NCBI GenBank assembly: GCA_033763455.1
Contig: JANRKO010000087.1
Coordinates: 1 to 62,522 of the forward strand
Length of the DNA: 62,522 nucleotides
From: Polyangiaceae bacterium
GTDB lineage: Bacteria; Myxococcota_A; Polyangia; Polyangiales; Polyangiaceae
Reading direction: 5' to 3'
The notes under the pieces are model-generated. The model saw only the letters and a program-made list of their open reading frames with translations. It was not told the origin of the DNA and made no database searches. A program made the translations under genes and the position numbers. Every line of letters begins with the position of its first letter. Within the stretch, counting starts at the first letter, position 1. Of the stretch, positions 1 through 10,036 are shown one piece after another.

Positions 1-51
1 ACGTGTAGCTTCTGACATCTGATCCTTTGATCACAGCCAGATCCTCAACAC

Positions 52-64
52 AATCAAGAAGTTA
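52..64 (+). promoter_or_regulatory. IHF-binding consensus site
   Basis: AATCAA-GAAG-TTA is a perfect match to WATCAANNNNTTR, inside an AT-rich non-coding stretch at the window start. Confidence 0.45.
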
Positions 65-252
65 AATAACTCTCGCCCCCATCACGATTATTTCCACGCT
101 GTAACTTTTCCGCCCTCACTGCGTTGATAGGTGAGAGCATGGCAAGTACCTCCGCCAGAAGCTAGAACGCTGGCTTCTTACCGAACTCCCCCCCACGGCT
201 TAATTGGACACGACGCGGCTCGGCGGGCATCATCTTAGGTTGAGATAAACCT

Positions 253-1200
253 GTGTCGACCGCGCCCCCCCTACCTGTTGCTCTGCGTATGCGCGTGGGG
301 GAGGTCGTCGCTGGACGCTACTCGCTGCTGAGCTTAATCGATCGCGGAGGGCAGGGGGCCGTATATCGAGCCCGCGACATCCGAGGTGGGGATGAGGTAG
401 CTGTAAAAATCCTGGGAGAGTCGCTCGTTGATGATCCCCAGTGGCGCGAGCGAATGTTCCGAGAGGCCCGCGCCTTAACCGAATTGGTGGGGACTGCTGC
501 CGTGAGGATCCTCGACCAAACGTACACCGATGACGGCGCCATCTGTATCGTGATGGAGCTGCTTCATGGCCGAGATTTCGAGGAGTACCTGCGGGGTTTC
601 GAGAACGAAGGCTTCTTGTTCCCGGTAGAAGAATTGGTGCAGGTAATGGACCCCATCGTTGACACGTTGGAGCTTGCTCATTCTCGCGGAATCGTGCATC
701 GAGATCTGAAGCCCGGGAACCTTTATCTGGCGGACGGCGTGGAGGGTATGGAAGTGCGTTTGCTTGATTTTGGTTTTGCCAAATTCTTGCGCATGCCGAG
801 CGTCACCCACGCGGGTATGGTTGCAGGCTCTCCGAGCTATATTGCGCCTGAAAGTTGGAAGGGGCAGACACCGGATCATCGCGTAGACGTTTACGGCGTT
901 GGCGCGATCGTATTTCGAGCACTGGCTGGGTCCCCACCGTTCTATTCGACGTCGCTTGGCGAGATGTTAGATATGGTGACGCGCGTGGAACGCCCGAGCT
1001 TGCTCGCGTTGCGCACGGATCTTCCAGTGGCTATCGACGCCTGGGTCGCACGAGCGTTGTGCATCGATCGCGACGAGCGCTATCAGACGGTGCGCGAACT
1101 CTGGGCAGCGCTCTCGGAAATCCTGGGTGTTCACGAAAAAAAGAACAGTTACCGAGGCCCCGGGTTTGCCCCATCGCTTAGGCCAAATAAAAGCCGCTGA
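253..1200 (+). CDS. Hanks-type Ser/Thr protein kinase (cytoplasmic)
   Basis: GGQGAVY, VAVK, HRDLKPGN, LLDFG, GSPSYIAPE and DVYGVG motifs; no transmembrane segment. Confidence 0.95.
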   Translation: MSTAPPLPVALRMRVGEVVAGRYSLLSLIDRGGQGAVYRARDIRGGDEVAVKILGESLVDDPQWRERMFREARALTELVGTAAVRILDQTYTDDGAICIVMELLHGRDFEEYLRGFENEGFLFPVEELVQVMDPIVDTLELAHSRGIVHRDLKPGNLYLADGVEGMEVRLLDFGFAKFLRMPSVTHAGMVAGSPSYIAPESWKGQTPDHRVDVYGVGAIVFRALAGSPPFYSTSLGEMLDMVTRVERPSLLALRTDLPVAIDAWVARALCIDRDERYQTVRELWAALSEILGVHEKKNSYRGPGFAPSLRPNKSR

Positions 1201-1286
1201 GCACTACGGCGTGGTCAACAGAGCGCTACGGGGCGGCCAAGAGAGCGTTGCCCCTTCGTCAACGGAGCGCTACGGCGTGGTCAACA
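1199..1286. repeat. 4 x 22-bp imperfect tandem repeat spanning two convergent stop codons
   Basis: Units at 1199 gagcactacggcgtggtcaaca, 1221 gagcgctacggggcggccaaga, 1243 gagcgttgccccttcgtcaacg and 1265 gagcgctacggcgtggtcaaca. Confidence 0.85.
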
Positions 1287-1575
1287 GGCATTGATAGGCC
1301 CCAAAGAGGATCTGCGCACGTTTGCATTTCACGTCTACGCTGTGCCCGGTGCCTTCCGCGGAGGTCTTTGCGGAAACTTGCAGTTGAAAGTCTTGACCGA
1401 ACGGTGTTCGCTCCAGGCGGGTGATGACTGCACTACACGGTGTTGCGCCGCAAGCCGCCAAGCGGGCTTGTGCCTCCACCTCGGTGTTGTCGGAAAAAAC
1501 GTTCCTCAGGCCGCCGACGGTAGCGGCCACACAGACGAGCGCAAAAACCCCGCGAATAACATTGCTCATAGCCAT
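1270..1575 (-). CDS. Small exported/membrane-anchored Cys-containing hypothetical protein
   Basis: Hydrophobic N-terminus, paired Cys residues, AAGGAA-like SD upstream, and it follows the methyltransferase on the same strand. Confidence 0.75.
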   Translation of the reverse strand: MAMSNVIRGVFALVCVAATVGGLRNVFSDNTEVEAQARLAACGATPCSAVITRLERTPFGQDFQLQVSAKTSAEGTGHSVDVKCKRAQILFGAYQCLLTTP

Positions 1576-1594
1576 CGTGCGTTCCTTCCGAAGT

Positions 1595-2188
1595 TCAACC
1601 GCAGATCTCTAATTCGTAAAATGGTGGAATTTCCTCTCTACTCCACCAAAGGCCAGCGCCCACACTGATGAAATGCTTCAATAGAATTCCACGGTAATAC
1701 GACCCGTTGCGCACGTGGATGTCCTGATCTGTAAGCTCTTGATCACAGCGCTCGCGTAAATCTCCCCGAGTAGTGATTTCAAAGTAAACGAGCCCGCGCG
1801 ACATAGCGGCGATATTGGCGATGGCCGGGGCCACGTCAGGATCTGGCAGATACTGGAGCACGCCCTGGCAAATGATGAGGTCGAATTTTTTGCGGTCACG
1901 CCAGCGCGCGATATCTCGCTCGGCAAACCCGTGCTTTTCGCACATGCTCCGGCTGACCTCAGTGCCCTCATAGGCGACGCCCTTGGCGTTCTTCTCGATC
2001 CATTTCTTCCAGAGGCCAATGCCGGCCCCGATGTCGAGCACGTTCTTGACCTCAATCTTGTTCCACTCCGCAAACCCAAACACAAAGCGAGCGAGTGCCG
2101 CGTGTTCAGCGGCGCTCACTACACGGGTTGTTGGATCCACGTAGAAGCGTTTGTAGTAGGCGTCGTCGAATCGCTCGAATCGCTCCAT
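1595..2188 (-). CDS. Class I SAM-dependent methyltransferase
   Basis: VLDIGAGIG motif I and FDLIICQGVLQYL; start placed at the ATG at 2188, 6 nt after TACACT. Confidence 0.88.
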   Translation of the reverse strand: MERFERFDDAYYKRFYVDPTTRVVSAAEHAALARFVFGFAEWNKIEVKNVLDIGAGIGLWKKWIEKNAKGVAYEGTEVSRSMCEKHGFAERDIARWRDRKKFDLIICQGVLQYLPDPDVAPAIANIAAMSRGLVYFEITTRGDLRERCDQELTDQDIHVRNGSYYRGILLKHFISVGAGLWWSREEIPPFYELEICG

Positions 2189-2351
2189 TCTCAGAGTGTA
2201 GCTTGGGAGAGAGCAAAGGGCGCTGTCTTTTCGACGTCGCACGCCCGCGGAGCAGTGGGCGGAGGCCGCTTTGGTCGTAAGAATGCTGCGGAGATTGGCG
2301 GGATTCGCTCCGGCACTTTCGAGCCGTGGGCCGAAGGGCTAGGCTCCTTGG

Positions 2352-2753
2352 TTGATGACTCCCAACGAAAAGAACATTGTGAAGGCGTTGATCGCTGTGG
2401 CCTGGGCCGATGGAAGGGTAGAGGCACCAGAGGCCAGCGTGATTGTCGGGTTGCTCTCGGGCTTCGACGCCTCCCAAGCCGAGGAAGACGAGCTTTTGGA
2501 GTATGCGCAGACGGCACGGAGCTTGGATCAGGACCTCAACTTGGCGGCGCTTTCGATGGACGATCGCGAGTTGTTGCTAGGAAACGCGGCGCTTTTGGCG
2601 CGTGCTGATGGTCATCTTGCCCACCGTGAACAAAAGGTTTTGGAGCGCCTCATAGGCCTTTTGGGGATCGAGTCAAAGAAGGCCGAGGCGATCCTCAAGG
2701 AAACCGCCGATGGTGCCTTGCGACTCAGCGATCGCGCGCTCGAAGAGCAATAG
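2352..2753 (+). CDS. TerB/DjlA-like (tellurite resistance TerB family) protein
   Basis: Twin motifs LIAVAWADGRVEAPE and LARADGHLAHREQKVL, typical of the TerB fold. Confidence 0.85.
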   Translation: MMTPNEKNIVKALIAVAWADGRVEAPEASVIVGLLSGFDASQAEEDELLEYAQTARSLDQDLNLAALSMDDRELLLGNAALLARADGHLAHREQKVLERLIGLLGIESKKAEAILKETADGALRLSDRALEEQ

Positions 2754-2780
2754 CCAACGCTGCGGGCTCGGCTTTTGGTG

Positions 2781-3716
2781 TTACCCTAGTAGGGCTAGCT
2801 GCTGGAGGCCTTCGAGGCGCTGAAGCACGAAGCGATCTGCGGGCGTAAACGTATGCATCTGAGACGAAAGCAACGTAACGTACGAACGTAGCGCCGTTAC
2901 GTTGACGCCGCGAATGCGTCGGATCAATGTGTAGAGGCGCTCTACGGTGTGAAGTGGCATCGGTAGGCGGCGCGCCGAATAGAGCTCGATTACGTAATCG
3001 AGCCATTCTGGCTTATCACTCGCGTCCGCGAGCTTGAGTGCGTAGGTGCCAGCCTGGTGACACACGCGGTCGTTCAAGGCCGTGCCTGCGCGTGCTTCTT
3101 TGAGCGCATTTTTGAGGTGTCCAGAGAGTAGGCGTAAGGCTTCATCGGCGCGGCCGAGAGACAACATCTTGTCAGCTACGTTCCCGATGAGATCAAAAAC
3201 GTCCGCTGCCCGCGTTGCTCCGGAGGCATCGTCGTCGTCAAAATCAGCATGCGCTTCGCTGGGTTTGGCTGAGATGAATCCGCTTGGGGGCGGGTTTGGA
3301 GTCGCCGGCTCGCTAGGTATCGTTCTTGGCAATTGCGAAAGCGTCGGATGCCGCGGATCGTTTTGATATTGCTGAAGGGCGATAACCTCGATGGTTTCGT
3401 CCGCGATAGAGATGGTATCGCCGGCACACAGGAGCGTGGGTTGCAAGATCGCCACTGAATTGACGAACGTGCCGTTTCGGCTCTTCAAATCCTCCAGCAT
3501 GGGGCCTGAAGCGCTCGCGAGGATCCGAGCGTGCTTGCGTGAGGCCAGGGCGCTCGGGATGAAAATATTCGCATCCGGTGCCCGGCCCAGAATTACTTCG
3601 GGTAGGTTGAGCTTGAAGGCGCGTGCCCGGAAGACCAATGCGAAATGGGCAGCGTCGCGCGGACGGAGGCCGCTCTCGGGGATATTGCTCAGTTGGGGGG
3701 CCCGGTCGTCGTTCAC
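2781..3716 (-). CDS. FHA domain protein
   Basis: LGR...ASRKHA...EDLKSRNGTFVN...GDTI FHA signature, then a Pro-rich linker and a helical C-terminal domain. Confidence 0.92.
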   Translation of the reverse strand: MNDDRAPQLSNIPESGLRPRDAAHFALVFRARAFKLNLPEVILGRAPDANIFIPSALASRKHARILASASGPMLEDLKSRNGTFVNSVAILQPTLLCAGDTISIADETIEVIALQQYQNDPRHPTLSQLPRTIPSEPATPNPPPSGFISAKPSEAHADFDDDDASGATRAADVFDLIGNVADKMLSLGRADEALRLLSGHLKNALKEARAGTALNDRVCHQAGTYALKLADASDKPEWLDYVIELYSARRLPMPLHTVERLYTLIRRIRGVNVTALRSYVTLLSSQMHTFTPADRFVLQRLEGLQQLALLG

Positions 3717-3791
3717 GGCACGCGCACCATACTGCTCGGCGGCCGCCCGCGCAAAGCCGTTGAGAGGGGCGCTGAAACCCCGTGCAATTGC

Positions 3792-4640
3792 TCAATTGCC
3801 TGGCAATTGGCCTTCGACAGCGCGCGGATAGCTCCCTAGGATTCGAAATAGACTGCAGGATTTTTCTAGGCGCTCTATCGCGTTGCGTACTGGGAGATCT
3901 TCACGGTGGCCCTCAACGTCCACGAAGAATACGTATTCCCAGAGCTTTTCTTTGGAAGGGCGAGACTCAATGCGCGTGAGGTTTAAGCTCTCTTCATCGA
4001 ACACTTGGAGTACCCGAAAGAGGGCTCCACGTTCGTGCGGCGTACTAAACGCGAGGCTCGTTTTGTCGTTTCCGGTACGCGGCACAGGTTGCTTGCCGAG
4101 CACCACAAAGCGCGTGATATTTTCGCCAATATCCTGGATGTTGCGAGCGACAACCTTCAGCCGATGCAGGCCTGCTGAAAGCTCGCTCGCCACGGCAGCG
4201 GTTGCTTCATCACGAGCTGCCTCCGCTGCGGCGGCGCCAGTAGATTGAGATACAAGAAGCTCTGCATGCGGCAGATGTGCGTGCAACCATCCGCGACATT
4301 GGCCGAGGCCCTGAGGATGCGAATACACGCGCTCGATACGTGAAAGCTCGCCATGTTGGGCCAAGAGGCACTGGGATACCCTGAGCACGATCTCCGATTG
4401 GATCTGGAGGCCATGCTCGAGAAGCCCATCGAGCGCTACGCCCACTCCGCCATCTATCGAGTTCTCAATCGGAGCCACGCCAAGGAGCGTCTCGCCGTTG
4501 GCAACTGCGTGGAACACGCCCGCGATGGTTGGCACCTGTACTAAAGAGGCACTATCGCCAAAGGCCTGCAATGCAGCGCTGTGGGAAAATGTGCCCTCAG
4601 GCCCAAGGTAGCTGACCGTGGGCGCCTCAGTTGCCGACAT
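3792..4640 (-). CDS. pheA: Prephenate dehydratase (monofunctional PDT + ACT)
   Basis: YLGPEGTFSH, PIENS, YSHPQ, NITRF, LTRIESRP and ILGSYP; no chorismate mutase domain. Confidence 0.95.
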   Translation of the reverse strand: MSATEAPTVSYLGPEGTFSHSAALQAFGDSASLVQVPTIAGVFHAVANGETLLGVAPIENSIDGGVGVALDGLLEHGLQIQSEIVLRVSQCLLAQHGELSRIERVYSHPQGLGQCRGWLHAHLPHAELLVSQSTGAAAAEAARDEATAAVASELSAGLHRLKVVARNIQDIGENITRFVVLGKQPVPRTGNDKTSLAFSTPHERGALFRVLQVFDEESLNLTRIESRPSKEKLWEYVFFVDVEGHREDLPVRNAIERLEKSCSLFRILGSYPRAVEGQLPGN

Positions 4641-5316
4641 GTTTGCCCGCTCGCTCCATCACTCGCCGTATGGCTGAGGCAGCGTGTACACGGCCGTAGT
4701 GCTTCCAGCCGAGGAGCTCTGCGCTGCATTCTACGACAGCTGTCCAAGCGTCTTCGGTGCGGGCGATTTCCGCTACTACGAGGACCACACGCTCCTTCGG
4801 GATACGTGCTTGAAGTACGCTCGGAAGGCCTTGATAGAGGACGCCGGCTGCGGCCTCTAGATCGGCAGCTGATGGTGGCTGCAGGCGGCTTGAATGCAAC
4901 GCTGCGTGCGTGCGACTCACCAAGTGACTGACTCGGAGGATGTGGCTTTCAGTGGCGCCGCCCAGCGACCATGCTGCCCACGTGCGTGCAACCGCGGCTT
5001 GCTCCGCTGGCTCGGCGACCCCACGGGCGATGAGCGCTTCGAGCGATGTTGTTAGCGCACGAGCTGCGAGCATCCAGTCGGGAGCGCCCGGCGGCAGGGA
5101 GCCTGAAAGCTTTTTCGTTTGTTCCTTCGCCTCGGCTTCGGAGCGAGCCTCGCGCTCGGGGCTTAGCCCTCGGCCCATCTCCAGAGCGACAAGATCCGCG
5201 CTCGGCGGCGCATACGCCGAGACCTCATGTATAGGGCTCGCCGGGATCGGCTCGCCGGGTGGCTTGGTGTCAAACAGCGGCCACGTGATTTCTAGATTGG
5301 CTTTTCTGTCAGACAC
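4627..5316 (-). CDS. Hypothetical helical protein
   Basis: 229-aa ORF tightly packed between the SCP2 gene and pheA, overlapping the pheA start; no recognisable motif. Confidence 0.7.
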   Translation of the reverse strand: MSDRKANLEITWPLFDTKPPGEPIPASPIHEVSAYAPPSADLVALEMGRGLSPEREARSEAEAKEQTKKLSGSLPPGAPDWMLAARALTTSLEALIARGVAEPAEQAAVARTWAAWSLGGATESHILRVSHLVSRTHAALHSSRLQPPSAADLEAAAGVLYQGLPSVLQARIPKERVVLVVAEIARTEDAWTAVVECSAELLGWKHYGRVHAASAIRRVMERAGKHVGN

Positions 5317-5338
5317 TTCGCCCGGCCGTTTCTGGTGT

Positions 5339-5665
5339 TTACTTGAGAAGGTCTATCAGCGACTGCAACTTCATGGCAAGGCCCATATCCCCTTCGATAC
5401 GAAGCTTGCCCATAAAGAAAAGCTGCTGGCCGGGAGTGCGCCCTTCGAGCATGTCGACGCAGTCATTGGCGTCCATCTTTATGATACATTGTGCGTCACC
5501 GTCGCTTTCGACGACGCTCGGAGGGTTCGTGAAGGTGAGCACCCACGTTCCTCCGCCTTCACCTTCGAGCACGAACTTGTAGACAGCTCCGAGCTCCTTG
5601 ACGCGGTCTTGGTTGTCCGCAACTTTTTGAGCAATCTGGGCCATTTTCTCGCGAGCGGTTGCCAT
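5339..5665 (-). CDS. SCP2 sterol-binding domain protein
   Basis: YKFVLEGEGGGTW...QLFFMGKLRIEGDMGLAMKL SCP2 signature; ATG at 5665 behind AGGAG (alternative GTG at 5677). Confidence 0.92.
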   Translation of the reverse strand: MATAREKMAQIAQKVADNQDRVKELGAVYKFVLEGEGGGTWVLTFTNPPSVVESDGDAQCIIKMDANDCVDMLEGRTPGQQLFFMGKLRIEGDMGLAMKLQSLIDLLK

Positions 5666-5755
5666 TTTTTCGGTCACTCCTGGGTAAAGGATATCCGGCG
5701 GAGTCTAGACAGCCCCCGGGGGCTTCGCTATCGCAAAGTCGGGATGCTTCCCCAT

Positions 5756-6853
5756 CTAGAATTCCCCGCTAAACGTGACTTGGTGGGGCGACCCACCGCG
5801 GAGCGCTCCAATTTGAACGCCTAGTAGGGTCCTAGGCCTCTGCTTCTGAATGGGCCGCCGATAGCGGACCTCGGGATTCACAGCGCGCTGGTAGAACACG
5901 ACCGAGAGCACCGCGCCGAGAGCCGTGGCGCCGATGAACGCGTCCGTGACCAGGTTGAGCCGGGTACCTTGATCGCGCAGGGCAGCCGCTCGCTGAGGAT
6001 CGCGACCATCGTTCGCGGCGTTGAATTGAGAGTGTTTCTCAAGGGCCGTAACGCCGGTGTAGATGGTAGCCCCAAGGAGTGCGCCGGTGACACCCGCTGA
6101 AATGTAGAAGGGAACAAAGGAGCCTTGGCCATGGGGTGTGGCGCTCTTGGCGGGAAGCACCGGCTTGGTTTTGGGCGGGGAGGGCGTGAGGGCTCCGGGG
6201 GGTGAACCGAGCGTGATCGTTTTTTCGACCACGGTGCCCGGTTGAAGCTCAAGAGTAAGCCGCGCAGATTTTCCGCCGTCACCCGTGAACGAGAGCTGGT
6301 GGGAGCCCGGGCTAAGCCCGATCTTGGTTTCACCGGGCGAAAGTCGGTACACGTTGGTGACGACGGCCTCACCCGGTTCTCCGCCGTGCGTGTCGGTGAC
6401 CGTGACGGGGCCGGGCGGTCCCGCAACGCTTACGGTGAGCCATGCGGTGCGTGCCTTGAGCGTTCCAAGTTCTCGCTCCACGCGTGCGCGCTCCTCAGCG
6501 TCAATGTGAGCACCCCCCACCGATAGAGCAGCTTCGTATGCCCGGAGCGCCTCTCCTGGGCGATCCAGCTTTCGGGCTACTTCTGCAAGGGGTGTTAGAA
6601 GCTGCCAGGCTTGGCTTTGCTCGTAGGCCGACTGCAGGGCGGCATAGGCCTCTTCAAGATTCGGCCGGGTTGGACTCTCCAGAAGCGAGATTGCTCGCCT
6701 AAATTGCGCTTCGGCTTCTGCACCGAGCGTGGGTGGCACCCCTGAAATGCTTGGAACTGGGCCTCCACCCGCCGCTGACTCGGCTCGTGCCGGTAGCGGA
6801 GCTAAGCCAACCGCGAGCAGAAGGCTCAGACCCAGGCGTAACCCTACGCGCAC
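5756..6853 (-). CDS. Exported TPR + PEGA-like membrane-anchored protein
   Basis: Signal peptide (ARA-E), TPR-like helices, LSPGSHQL PEGA-like strand, Pro linker and two C-terminal hydrophobic segments; typical myxobacterial architecture. Confidence 0.8.
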   Translation of the reverse strand: MRVGLRLGLSLLLAVGLAPLPARAESAAGGGPVPSISGVPPTLGAEAEAQFRRAISLLESPTRPNLEEAYAALQSAYEQSQAWQLLTPLAEVARKLDRPGEALRAYEAALSVGGAHIDAEERARVERELGTLKARTAWLTVSVAGPPGPVTVTDTHGGEPGEAVVTNVYRLSPGETKIGLSPGSHQLSFTGDGGKSARLTLELQPGTVVEKTITLGSPPGALTPSPPKTKPVLPAKSATPHGQGSFVPFYISAGVTGALLGATIYTGVTALEKHSQFNAANDGRDPQRAAALRDQGTRLNLVTDAFIGATALGAVLSVVFYQRAVNPEVRYRRPIQKQRPRTLLGVQIGALRGGSPHQVTFSGEF

Positions 6854-6908
6854 GCGGTAGTTCCGATGTGGTTAGAATCCAGCTCCAGCTCTGTGCCCGG
6901 GGAACGGT

Positions 6909-8246
6909 TCAATCGCCATGTGCCGGAGCGACGCTTGTGTCCCCACGGCTTGCGCCAGCGCGACGGTCGATCTCAACGAATTCGCGTTCGGCGTACCCGG
7001 TGTAAATCTGACGGGGCCGTGCGATCTTTTGCTCTTTGTCGATGAGCATCTCTTCCCACTGAGCGAGCCACCCAGAGGTGCGGGGGATAGCAAACAACAC
7101 TGTGAACATATCCACCGGAATGCCGAGGGCTTCGTATATAAGACCGGAGTAAAAGTCGACGTTCGGGTAAAGCTTGCGCTGGACGAAGTAATCGTCCGAG
7201 AGCGCGATCTTTTCGAGCTCCAGCGCAACCTCTAGCAAGGGGTTCTTCTTGCCGACAATCTCGAACACTCGATCGGCCAGCCGCTTGATGACTCTCGCAC
7301 GGGGGTCGTAGTTCTTGTACACCCTGTGCCCAAAACCCATCAGGCGCCCACCCGCACCCGCCTTAACGTCTTTGATGAAGCCCGCAACGTGCTCGACCGA
7401 ACCTATCTCGCGGAGCATACGTAACACGGCTTCATTGGCGCCTCCATGGAGAGGGCCGTAAAGAGCTGCGGCCGCAGAGGCCACTGCGGAGAAGGGATCC
7501 ACGCGGGAGCTGCCAACGCTACGCATCACGTTGGTGGAGCAATTCTGCTCGTGGTCAGCGTGGAGGATAAACAGTACGTCGAGAGCACGGACAATTTCCG
7601 GATGGATTTCAACGCGAGCGCCAATGCTCTTCAACATGTGCAAGAAGTTGGCGGCATATGAAAGCTCGTTGTCGGGGTAGACAAACGGCATACCAACGGA
7701 GTGGCGATAACTCCACGCAGCCAACGTGGGCATTTTGGCGATTAAGCGCACCATTTGCGCCCGTCGCACGTCAGCTTCGTCCACGTGTTTAGCTTCGGGA
7801 TAGAAGGTGCTAAGCGCGCCTACTGTGGCCACCAACATGCCCATAGGATGCGCGTCGTAACGAAATCCATTGACGAAATGCCGAACGTTCTCATGTACGT
7901 ACGTGTGAAGCGTTACTTGACGGGTGAAGTCATGAAGTTCGCTTGGTGTCGGTAACTCGCCATTGATCAACAAGTACGCCACCTCAAGGTAACTCGCTCG
8001 CTCCGCAAGCTGATCGACCGGGTAACCTCGGTATCGGAGGATCCCTTTGTCGCCATCGATGTAGGTAATCGCCGAACGACAAGCCGCCGTGTTCATGAAA
8101 GCCGGGTCGTAGGTCATCATCCCGAAGTCATCCGCATTCACCTTGATCTGACGAAGATCCGTCGCGCGAATGGTGTCGTCGGTGATGGGAACCTCGATCG
8201 TCTTGCCGGTTCGGTTGTCCGTGATGGTGAGGGTGTTTTTCGACAT
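6909..8246 (-). CDS. gltA: Citrate synthase
   Basis: [50 protein letters not shown] and YPNVDFYSG. Confidence 0.98.
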   Translation of the reverse strand: MSKNTLTITDNRTGKTIEVPITDDTIRATDLRQIKVNADDFGMMTYDPAFMNTAACRSAITYIDGDKGILRYRGYPVDQLAERASYLEVAYLLINGELPTPSELHDFTRQVTLHTYVHENVRHFVNGFRYDAHPMGMLVATVGALSTFYPEAKHVDEADVRRAQMVRLIAKMPTLAAWSYRHSVGMPFVYPDNELSYAANFLHMLKSIGARVEIHPEIVRALDVLFILHADHEQNCSTNVMRSVGSSRVDPFSAVASAAAALYGPLHGGANEAVLRMLREIGSVEHVAGFIKDVKAGAGGRLMGFGHRVYKNYDPRARVIKRLADRVFEIVGKKNPLLEVALELEKIALSDDYFVQRKLYPNVDFYSGLIYEALGIPVDMFTVLFAIPRTSGWLAQWEEMLIDKEQKIARPRQIYTGYAEREFVEIDRRAGASRGDTSVAPAHGD

Positions 8247-8388
8247 GGTTCTCGTGAGTTGCAGCGAATAGGCCGGATGGATCGGAGCTTTCAGCTCCGT
8301 GGGTGGTGCCGAGAATGGCCGGGGACTGCGTGCCTGTCTACCTAGCCGTTTTCTGGTCCGATTGGGTGGGTTTTGGCATTCATACGGG

Positions 8389-10026
8389 ATGGCTCACTTT
8401 TCGTTTCTGGGGTCCGCGGTCGGGGTACTCACCGCGGCCAGTGTCGCGGGTCTTTTCGGCTGTGAGCGTTCTACAGATGCCAAACCGGGACCTGATGGCA
8501 AGCAAGGCGTCGCCTTAGCGCGACTCCAAGGCCGCGAACCGGCTTCAGGTACCGATGGCACCGACTGGTCGGCTTTTCCTTCCCCACCGGCTGATGGTCC
8601 GAAGCTCGTGCCGGTGGCGCTCAGCGTGCCCATCAAGCTCGTTCCCAATCCAGCTGCTGAAACCATTGGATACCTCCGGGTCGGGGCGCGTGTTGCCCGT
8701 TCGGCGGCACCGGTTTCACATACGGGCTGTCCCGAGGGCTGGTACGCGGTTCGCCCAGTCGGATTCGTTTGTGTCAACGCTGAGGCGACGATCAAGCTGG
8801 ACCACCCGATTGCTCGGGCCATTCAGGTGGAGCCAGATCGCAGCAAGCCGATGCCCTACAAATACGCCTTCGTCCGCTCCGTGGCACCCAACTACCTCCG
8901 CATTCCCACCAAGAGCGAGCAGTTTCGCTACGAGATGCGCCTCGACAGGCATCTACGAAATTACAAGAAGCTCGCGCACAAGTGGGACGCCCTCGACGTA
9001 GGAGCCAACGACGTTCCGCTCGATGAAAACGGACTAGCCACGGGTGCCATTCCCGACCACGCCGTGCCGATGGACATGAGTGAACGCTACGGGGGCAACG
9101 GAGATGACCGCGTGCCCTGGTGGCTCGAAGGTGAACGGCGCATTCCGAACATTTCAAGCTTTCGAGCCCCTCCCTACGCCATCATTGCCAATCGTATCAG
9201 CCGTCATGGGGGAACGGGTTTGATCGGTACGTTCGTAGCCGGACCGAACGCACAAGATCGACGTTTCGCTATCGCGACCGACGGTCGCCTGATCCCGGCG
9301 GACAAACTCAAGGCAGATTCTGGTTCCCCGTTCCATGGCCACAGTATCCGAGAAGTGGGGTTACCTGTGGCGTTCGTTGGTAAACCGGACGCATCCTTCT
9401 ACCGCTACGAGGGAACGAGCCTTATTCGTGAAGAGCGCGCGAAGTTTCGCTCCATGGTGCCATTGGACGGCACCGTACGTGAGGTGGGAGGCACCCGCGT
9501 GGTACGAACCCGGAGCGGGCTATGGCTCAAGAGTAACGACTTAAAAACAGCAGCCAAGCCAAGCCAACTCCCAAGCTTTGCCAAGCGGGGGGTCCGCTGG
9601 ATTGACGTATCGATCATGAGCCAGGTGCTCGTTCTCTGGGAGGGGAGCACGCCCGTTTATGCAACTCTTGTGTCCACTGGCCGCGATGGCCTGGGGGACC
9701 CCAAGACGACCCTCAGTACCCCCACGGGAGTATTTCGGGTTTTCCAGAAGCACATCACCACCACTATGGATTCGGCGGTTGCGGATCATGAGTTTGAGTT
9801 GCGTGATGTGCCGTGGGTTATGTACTTCAAGGCGGGCTACGCTCTGCACGGCGCCTATTGGCATGATGATTTCGGTCGTGCCCGTTCGCATGGCTGCGTT
9901 AATCTTTCGCCGATCGACGCACGCTACGTGTTCCTGTGGTCCACCCCAGACGTACCTGAACACTGGCATGCCGCTTACTCGTCAGGGCCCTTCGGTGAGG
10001 GCATTCTGGTGAACATTCATCCCTAA
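8389..10026 (+). CDS. L,D-transpeptidase (YkuD family) lipoprotein with a long N-terminal region
   Basis: C-terminal VSTG...TPTG...ALHGAYWH...SHGCVNL catalytic motif; lipobox-like LFGC near the ATG at 8389. Confidence 0.9.
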   Translation: MAHFSFLGSAVGVLTAASVAGLFGCERSTDAKPGPDGKQGVALARLQGREPASGTDGTDWSAFPSPPADGPKLVPVALSVPIKLVPNPAAETIGYLRVGARVARSAAPVSHTGCPEGWYAVRPVGFVCVNAEATIKLDHPIARAIQVEPDRSKPMPYKYAFVRSVAPNYLRIPTKSEQFRYEMRLDRHLRNYKKLAHKWDALDVGANDVPLDENGLATGAIPDHAVPMDMSERYGGNGDDRVPWWLEGERRIPNISSFRAPPYAIIANRISRHGGTGLIGTFVAGPNAQDRRFAIATDGRLIPADKLKADSGSPFHGHSIREVGLPVAFVGKPDASFYRYEGTSLIREERAKFRSMVPLDGTVREVGGTRVVRTRSGLWLKSNDLKTAAKPSQLPSFAKRGVRWIDVSIMSQVLVLWEGSTPVYATLVSTGRDGLGDPKTTLSTPTGVFRVFQKHITTTMDSAVADHEFELRDVPWVMYFKAGYALHGAYWHDDFGRARSHGCVNLSPIDARYVFLWSTPDVPEHWHAAYSSGPFGEGILVNIHP

Positions 10027-10036
10027 ACGGCTGTAG

